Below the pieces are notes generated by a model. It saw only the letters and a program-made list of their open reading frames with translations, was not told where the DNA came from and did not search any database. From Haliotis cracherodii (taxonomy: Eukaryota), in contig NW_027266343.1 in the NCBI RefSeq assembly GCF_022045235.1, forward strand, positions 30,442,001-30,506,000: DNA of 64,000 nt, written 5' to 3'. Positions 62,914 to 64,000 of this stretch are shown one piece after another. The stretch's first letter is position 1; every line of letters starts with the position of its first letter. Position numbers and translations under genes: made by a program.

Positions 62914-63791
62914 CTGTACGCCAGTACTTGTTCTGTAAGTGCTGTAGATAGATAATGTCATCCCTGTACTGGAGACTATCCATTAAATAAGAGTCAGATG
63001 CCATGTATTGAAATCTGTTGAGGGAATTCTACATATCTACACTGTCAGACCCCACTGTAACACTAAGTGATATGTCCTTGCAAAATTGTCATTACTGATC
63101 ACAACTACAGAATTGAACATTAAACTATGCCAGTGCAGAAACCCACAAAACAATCATTGACTAAATTTGGGATGCTACCATATCTGAAGTTACAGATACA
63201 AATCACAATGTAGGACCCTCGATACAATACGGTTTGAAACTATGTCCTAGCAAGAGTTGAGGACATGGCATCATCATCCAAAACCCACTGTCTATAGTTA
63301 AAGTCTTCTTTTCACTTAATTTGAGCATTAGAAAAAGAATAAGTCTTTTCATCCAACCCACTGATATAGGCCATTGCTTTAATTTGAGATGTAGCCAATC
63401 TGGTCAGTTGGACCAAACCTGGATTCATTCAGTTTACTTGACAATGTACATACTACCGCACAACTTGTAAATATCATTGAATATTGTGACAATCCCCAAT
63501 CATGTATTGTATCGAGTCCACCAGCCTTGCAGGTGAATTATTCTAAGACTAGGCTTGGTGCTGTGTGACATAGGCTACCTGTTTCTAGTTGTACTGTGGG
63601 TACTAAACTCACTAATACACACTTGACATGGTGAACTTTAACACTGCATCATAGGAGCTGAGTAAAGCTCTTTTTCCTTCTGCTTACACAATAAACTTAA
63701 AAAAGAAACCACTGCCTGTCTATCTAGGAGTTATCTCCCTTGGTCAATGCAATGCATTTTCGAACCTCTACCAAGTATTGATTGCAATTGT

Positions 63792-63982
63792 CTGTTTGTT
63801 GTTAAATGACGCACTCAGAAATATTCCAGCTATATGACAGGGGTCTATAAATAATCCAGTCTGGACCAGACAATCCAGTGGTTGATATAATGAGCATCGA
63901 TCCACACAATTGGGATACGATGACATGAATCCAAGTCTACAGGCCTGACCACCCGATCCCGATAGTCGCCTTATAACAATTG
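63792..63982 (-). mobile_element. SINE-like family A copy
   Basis: Reverse-complement match to 42781-43033. Confidence 0.85.
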
Positions 63983-64000
63983 CTTGAATAGGTGTAGAAT

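Overview
AT-rich animal genomic DNA, probably a gastropod mollusc (the SINE families with (ACTC)n and (CAAA)n tails look abalone/Haliotis-like; this is inferred, not searched). It holds two divergently transcribed spliced genes. Cyclin J lies on the minus strand (4 coding exons, 9671-4211, 322 aa, His/Pro-rich tail). WDR1/AIP1 (actin-interacting protein 1) lies on the plus strand (15 coding exons reconstructed, 28592-53291; the short first coding exon is unresolved). WDR1 has a clear U12-type AT-AC intron (44965-46771) and a quadruplicated 20-bp splice acceptor. Introns and intergenic DNA are packed with SINEs (4 families), nested hAT, Tc1/pogo, Harbinger and Helentron-type non-autonomous elements, Penelope-like remnants with hammerhead motifs, and minisatellites. 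The most novel-looking signal is a SINE-like family with no tRNA head whose fixed 5' end folds into a covarying pseudoknotted RNA module, a candidate self-cleaving ribozyme. All calls were made by eye and repeat boundaries are approximate.
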